DNA of 32,000 nucleotides from Candidatus Hadarchaeales archaeon (GTDB lineage Archaea; Hadarchaeota; Hadarchaeia; Hadarchaeales; Hadarchaeaceae): positions 56,592-88,591 of the forward strand of contig JAWBCC010000004.1 in NCBI GenBank assembly GCA_038823825.1, read 5' to 3'. A program made the translations under genes and the position numbers. Of the stretch, positions 27,690 to 32,000 are shown piece by piece. The first letter of the stretch is position 1. Each line of letters opens with the position of its first letter. The notes under the pieces were generated by a model, which saw nothing but the letters and a program-made list of their open reading frames with translations, searched no databases and was not told where the DNA came from.

Positions 27690-30527
27690 ATGGAGTATCC
27701 GTTCAACTTGCTGGCAAGACCGATCCAGAAGCTCTTAGAGGAAAGAGGGTTCACACAACCGACTCCCCCCCAAAAGGAAGCGATACCGAAGATACTCGAA
27801 GGAAAGAACGTTCTCCTGATAGCTCCAACCGGAACTGGAAAAACCGAAGCCGCTTTTTTACCAGCCTTTCACAATCTTCTGCTCTCGGCGGAGAGAATCC
27901 CGGGAATAAAGTTGTTCTACGTCACACCCTTGAGGGCGCTTAACCGCGACATGCTTGACAGAATGCAGTGGTGGTGCCGATCTCTCGACTTCAAGGTTGC
28001 TGTGAGACATGGAGACACAGAAGCCAGAGAAAGGAGAGCGCAGGCAATAGTTCCGCCCGACATAGTCGTGACAACACCCGAGACCCTCCAGCTTTTCCTG
28101 CTTGGGAAAAAGCTCCGGCAATATCTGAAAACGCTTATATGCGTGATAGTTGACGAGGTGCACGAGCTCGCGGATAACAAAAGGGGAACCCAACTGAGTA
28201 CCACTTTAGAGCGCCTGAGAGAGGCTAAGGGCGGAGATTTCCAGATCGTTGGGCTTTCAGCTACCATTGGAAGTCCAGAAGAAGTCGCAAAATTCCTAGT
28301 CGGGAAAGGACGACCATGCGAAATCATTGACATTAGCATGACCAGGGAGATGAAAATCTCTGTGATTTATCCGGAAGCCAAGAAAAGTGATGAGAAACTT
28401 GCTGAGAAGTTATACACGCTTCCGGAGGTTGCGGCGCGTGTGAGAGTCATAAAAGATCTCGTACTTTCCCATAAATCCACGCTTGTTTTCACAAACACAA
28501 GACCAATGGCGGAGATTCTTGGGAGCAGACTCCATCTTTGGGATATCGATTTTCCAGTAAGTGTGCATCATGGCTCTCTTTCGACAGCCACCAGAGTCGG
28601 AGCGGAGAAAAGGCTGAAGACGGGACAGCTGAAGGGAATCATTTGTACGTCGTCCATGGAGCTTGGAATCGATATCGGACACGTCGATTTAGTCATTCAA
28701 TACAATTCACCAAGACAGGTTACTAGGCTTGTCCAGAGAGTTGGAAGAAGCGGTCACAGGATCGGAGAAATAGCGAAAGGAGTTGTCATTGTTCAAGACC
28801 CGGACGACGCGCTTGAGTCAAGTGTTATTGTTAAGAAGAGTTTAAAGCAAGAACTTGAAGAAGTTTCTATTCCAGAAAAACCACTAGACGTCCTCTTACA
28901 TGCTTTATGCTCGATGCTCATCGAAAGAAGAGAGGCAGAAGTGGAGGATGCCCTACGAATTCTCAGAAGAGCTTATCCCTTCCGCACGCTCACAAAAGAG
29001 GATATCATAAAAGTGCTCGATTTCGCACAGAATCTCGAACAAAGATTTCTGAGATTATCGGAAGACGGGAAGAAATTTATCAGAGTGGGGAGAAGCAAAC
29101 TTTTTGATTATTATTTCACAAATCTATCCATGATTCCGGAGTTTAAGCAATATGTTGTCATAAACGACGAGAATGGGCAACCGATTGGGGTTCTTGACGA
29201 ACCGTTCGTTGCCGAGTATGGAGAACCTGAGGTTAGATTTGTAATGGGTGGAGAAATCTGGAAGATCCTCCAGCTTTATCAAGGAAAAATCTACGTGAAG
29301 AAGGAAATCGATCCTTTGGGAGCCATTCCAACTTGGATAGGTGAAGAAATACCTGTCCCGATTGAGATCGCCCAAGAGGTCGGGAGAATAAGAGGAAAAG
29401 TTGCAGAAATGCTTCAAAATGGAAAGAAATTCGCAGACATCTGCAAACAGATTGCTGAAGAGTTGGATGAATCAGAAAGAACAATCGAACGCGCGGTCGA
29501 GAACGTCAAAAGACAAGTTGATGAGGGACTACCTGTTCCAACCGACAAGTTGATAACGATCGAAAAAGTCGGAGACCTGTGTATTATAAACCTCTGTGCT
29601 GGAACACTCGTCAACAGAACGATCGCGAGATTTCTTGCTTATAAATTGTCTCGCGAAATGGGTCTAACCGTTGCTTTCTCAATTGATCCTTATCGAATAG
29701 TCTTAAGGTCGAAAATCCTCAAAATCGAAGATGTGGAAAGAATAATGAAAGAATCCTCGAACATAACCAGAGATTTGAGGGAAATCGTTGAGGGGAGCAG
29801 ATTTTTCAGGTGGAGGCTTGCCCAGGTTGCAAGAAGGATGGGCGTTTTAGCGAAAGAAGTTGAGCTCACAAGCTCCGTTTTGGACAAACTCGTCAGAGCG
29901 CTCAGAGACACTCCGGCATTCGAGGAAGCATTCAGAGAGACCTCGACGAGAGATTTTGATGTACGCAGAGCGGGAGAAATCCTTCAAATGTTGAGTAGCG
30001 GAGAAATCAAAATTATGTCAATTGGTGAAAGAAAGAGACCCTCGCCGATTTCGGAGACTATTTGGAAACGAACTTCTCTCGTTCTTGAACCAGCGGCACC
30101 CTCCAGACTGAAAATGTTGGCCTTTGCCTCTGCGAGGATTAGACTTCTAACTGAGATCAGAACATTCGTCTGCTTGGACTGCGGCTTCGTCAAAGAGATG
30201 AAGATTCATGAATTGAAAGAGAAACCCATCTGTCCAACATGCGGATCCGATAGAATCGGGATGTGTGAGGATGTGGAAGAAGAAGCAAAAAGAGCCTTCG
30301 AACTCCACATGCAGGGAAGAAAAACCAAACTTTGGAAAGAATTGGAGAAAACTGCAAGATTGATCTCTCGACACGGAAAGAACGCTGCAATCGTGCTAGC
30401 TGGAAGAGGAATAACTCCGGCCGCTGCACAAGAGATACTTCAGAAAAGTAAGGGAGATGAGAAAAAACTGATCGAGCTCACGGTGATGAAGGAGAGGGAG
30501 ATGATCATCAAAAGATTTTATGTTTGA
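27690..30527 (+). CDS. lhr: Lhr-type superfamily 2 DNA/RNA helicase
   Basis: APTGTGKTEAAFLPAF, YVTPLRALNRDM, VDEVHELADNKRGTQL, VGLSATIG, QRVGRSGHRIGEIAKG, and a C-terminal zinc site CLDCGF...CPTCGS. Confidence 0.93.
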   Translation: MEYPFNLLARPIQKLLEERGFTQPTPPQKEAIPKILEGKNVLLIAPTGTGKTEAAFLPAFHNLLLSAERIPGIKLFYVTPLRALNRDMLDRMQWWCRSLDFKVAVRHGDTEARERRAQAIVPPDIVVTTPETLQLFLLGKKLRQYLKTLICVIVDEVHELADNKRGTQLSTTLERLREAKGGDFQIVGLSATIGSPEEVAKFLVGKGRPCEIIDISMTREMKISVIYPEAKKSDEKLAEKLYTLPEVAARVRVIKDLVLSHKSTLVFTNTRPMAEILGSRLHLWDIDFPVSVHHGSLSTATRVGAEKRLKTGQLKGIICTSSMELGIDIGHVDLVIQYNSPRQVTRLVQRVGRSGHRIGEIAKGVVIVQDPDDALESSVIVKKSLKQELEEVSIPEKPLDVLLHALCSMLIERREAEVEDALRILRRAYPFRTLTKEDIIKVLDFAQNLEQRFLRLSEDGKKFIRVGRSKLFDYYFTNLSMIPEFKQYVVINDENGQPIGVLDEPFVAEYGEPEVRFVMGGEIWKILQLYQGKIYVKKEIDPLGAIPTWIGEEIPVPIEIAQEVGRIRGKVAEMLQNGKKFADICKQIAEELDESERTIERAVENVKRQVDEGLPVPTDKLITIEKVGDLCIINLCAGTLVNRTIARFLAYKLSREMGLTVAFSIDPYRIVLRSKILKIEDVERIMKESSNITRDLREIVEGSRFFRWRLAQVARRMGVLAKEVELTSSVLDKLVRALRDTPAFEEAFRETSTRDFDVRRAGEILQMLSSGEIKIMSIGERKRPSPISETIWKRTSLVLEPAAPSRLKMLAFASARIRLLTEIRTFVCLDCGFVKEMKIHELKEKPICPTCGSDRIGMCEDVEEEAKRAFELHMQGRKTKLWKELEKTARLISRHGKNAAIVLAGRGITPAAAQEILQKSKGDEKKLIELTVMKEREMIIKRFYV

Positions 30528-30531
30528 TACC

Positions 30532-32000
30532 TCAGATCGGTGAAACATTTATCTTAAATGCATTGATGTACAGGCCGGGGGCTGCGTTGCTGGGTATGTT
30601 AAACCTCCACTCTATACTCTTCTGTACGTTTTCTCCATATGATACGCTACTCCAGATGATTTGATAAGTTGTGCTCAATGAAATCCAATTTCCCTCACCT
30701 TTGACCTTTGTCGCACTAACTGATATTGTGTGTTCATTTGATGTCCAGTCACTAACGGCTCTAACACCAACATTGAAGCTTTGGTTGGTAGTAACCGTGA
30801 CGATCAACGGACTTTCAATTGCGTCTACATTTTCTCCCTGTCCACCAGCAAACGTGAGTTTCTCGGTGCTAAGAAACATTTCGATATAGATTTGGACAGT
30901 TATCGCATTCTTGTTTTCCAACGAATTTTCCGTCTCGTTATCTTTCAAATATATCAGAAGGTTCCAGTTGCCCGGGGCAGCGATTTTGGAGACTCTTATC
31001 CTCAGAATCAGCAGATAGCTGTTTTCCTGCAAATTCTCAATCGCAGAACAATTTTCTGAGTCTATAAATCGAGAATCGTGAAGGCTGCTGAATTGCCAAC
31101 TTTCTGAAACTTTTGAAGCAAGCCAAGTATAATGATTTCGAACGTTGTCGGGAGCAGAAGAGGATACAGAATTCTCGTGAAGAACAAAATAAACGTTCTC
31201 GAGATTCATTCCTTCGTCTTCGATCGATATCATCACGTCATACCATCCGAAAGGTATCCAATTCTTCTCAATTTGAATTTCACGGACCCTCAAGATCGGT
31301 TTTTTGACCGCGAACTCCCACGTTTCCGAGCAGTTCTCATAGTATAGATTTGCTGCTATTATTCTCCAGTAGTACTTTCCTTCAGCCAGGTTTGTCAACA
31401 CATATGAATTTTCAGCGTTTTCCAGTTGCACATCGATGAAAGGAGAGTCAAAAGCAGGATCGTTGGCTATTTGAAGTCTCTGCCAAAGAGAGTTCTCGCC
31501 CGGAACCCAGCTAAGGAGTACATTGTTTTCTTTAAACATGGATCCGTTTTCGGGTGCCTCAAGGATAGGCCTTGACAATCTGGGCGGCAATAACTGTTCT
31601 GCTCCTAACATGGTTATGGGTTCTTTTTCGACTTGCCTCCTAACAATAAACCAGTCGAAATGGTAACTGGAATCTCCGCCGCCGTCCCAGGCTGCAAGAA
31701 CATATTTGTCGCAGTAGTTGTTTGGGTCGGTTGCGTAGTTCCAGTTTCTGATTTTTTCGGGAGCCTCCCATAAAAGGGATCTATAGGTCTCCCCATATTG
31801 CCCGTAGTAGAATCTTGCTTTAATCCTGCTATTTGAGTAAAGAGAAAGACTCGCAATATACCAAATATTTTGCTGGTAGTTACCTGGCGACCATGATCCA
31901 TCAGAAAAGAATTTATAATTGCCACTGTCATCTTTGAAGAATCCCGCATACTGTTGACCGCTTCCAGCCCTGTAGAATGTTCCTGGACCATTCAGCCCCA
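30532..32000 (-). CDS. Extracytoplasmic DUF2341-like lectin-fold domain plus fibronectin/beta-sandwich domains (runs off right edge)
   Basis: The minus frame is open from the ORF-track Met (31611) to the window end: ...LNGPGTFYRAGSGQQYAGFFKDDSGNYKFFSDGSWSPGNYQQNIWYIASLSLYSNSRIKARFYYGQYGETYRSLLWEAPEKIRNWNYATDPNNYCDKYVLAAWDGGGDSSYHFDWFIVRRQVEKEPITMLGAEQ. Confidence 0.7.
   Translation of the reverse strand, partial: GLNGPGTFYRAGSGQQYAGFFKDDSGNYKFFSDGSWSPGNYQQNIWYIASLSLYSNSRIKARFYYGQYGETYRSLLWEAPEKIRNWNYATDPNNYCDKYVLAAWDGGGDSSYHFDWFIVRRQVEKEPITMLGAEQLLPPRLSRPILEAPENGSMFKENNVLLSWVPGENSLWQRLQIANDPAFDSPFIDVQLENAENSYVLTNLAEGKYYWRIIAANLYYENCSETWEFAVKKPILRVREIQIEKNWIPFGWYDVMISIEDEGMNLENVYFVLHENSVSSSAPDNVRNHYTWLASKVSESWQFSSLHDSRFIDSENCSAIENLQENSYLLILRIRVSKIAAPGNWNLLIYLKDNETENSLENKNAITVQIYIEMFLSTEKLTFAGGQGENVDAIESPLIVTVTTNQSFNVGVRAVSDWTSNEHTISVSATKVKGEGNWISLSTTYQIIWSSVSYGENVQKSIEWRFNIPSNAAPGLYINAFKINVSPI

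Noticed and set aside
31614-31991. Minus-strand 125-aa ORF at the right edge
   Set aside because: A different minus frame across the same region is open and continuous with the DUF2341-like protein; this one is a shadow frame.

Overview
Archaeal chromosomal window, called from proteasome beta, aCPSF1, LSm, L37e, L18e-L13-S9-RpoN, CTP-type RibK, SepF and TATA-type promoters. Most of it is housekeeping. It holds about 30 supportable CDSs, three tRNAs with encoded CCA (Pro-GGG, Glu-TTC, Leu-TAG), and one large cas-less CRISPR array of 39 identical 37-nt repeats with 38 spacers at 17513-20330. The most interesting accessory region is 17.3-21.6 kb. There the CRISPR array lies right after tRNA-Leu, with a very short leader whose TATA-like box is bracketed by a perfect 11-nt inverted repeat. 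The array converges on a compact two-gene module: a DpnI-like methyl-directed endonuclease homologue plus a small zinc-ribbon protein of unknown function. A 28-nt element (27/28 identical) occurs both in the leader and about 2.4 kb upstream, after tRNA-Glu. Other points: a five-gene operon of short N-terminally membrane-anchored proteins (4958-7315), an HprK/PEPCK-like P-loop protein next to rpoN, an SFM1-like SPOUT methyltransferase behind pgk, a riboflavin operon, and two CDSs that run off the window edges and that the ORF track misses or truncates (G1P dehydrogenase on the left, DUF2341-like protein on the right). All homology calls come from recalled motifs and families; no database search was run.
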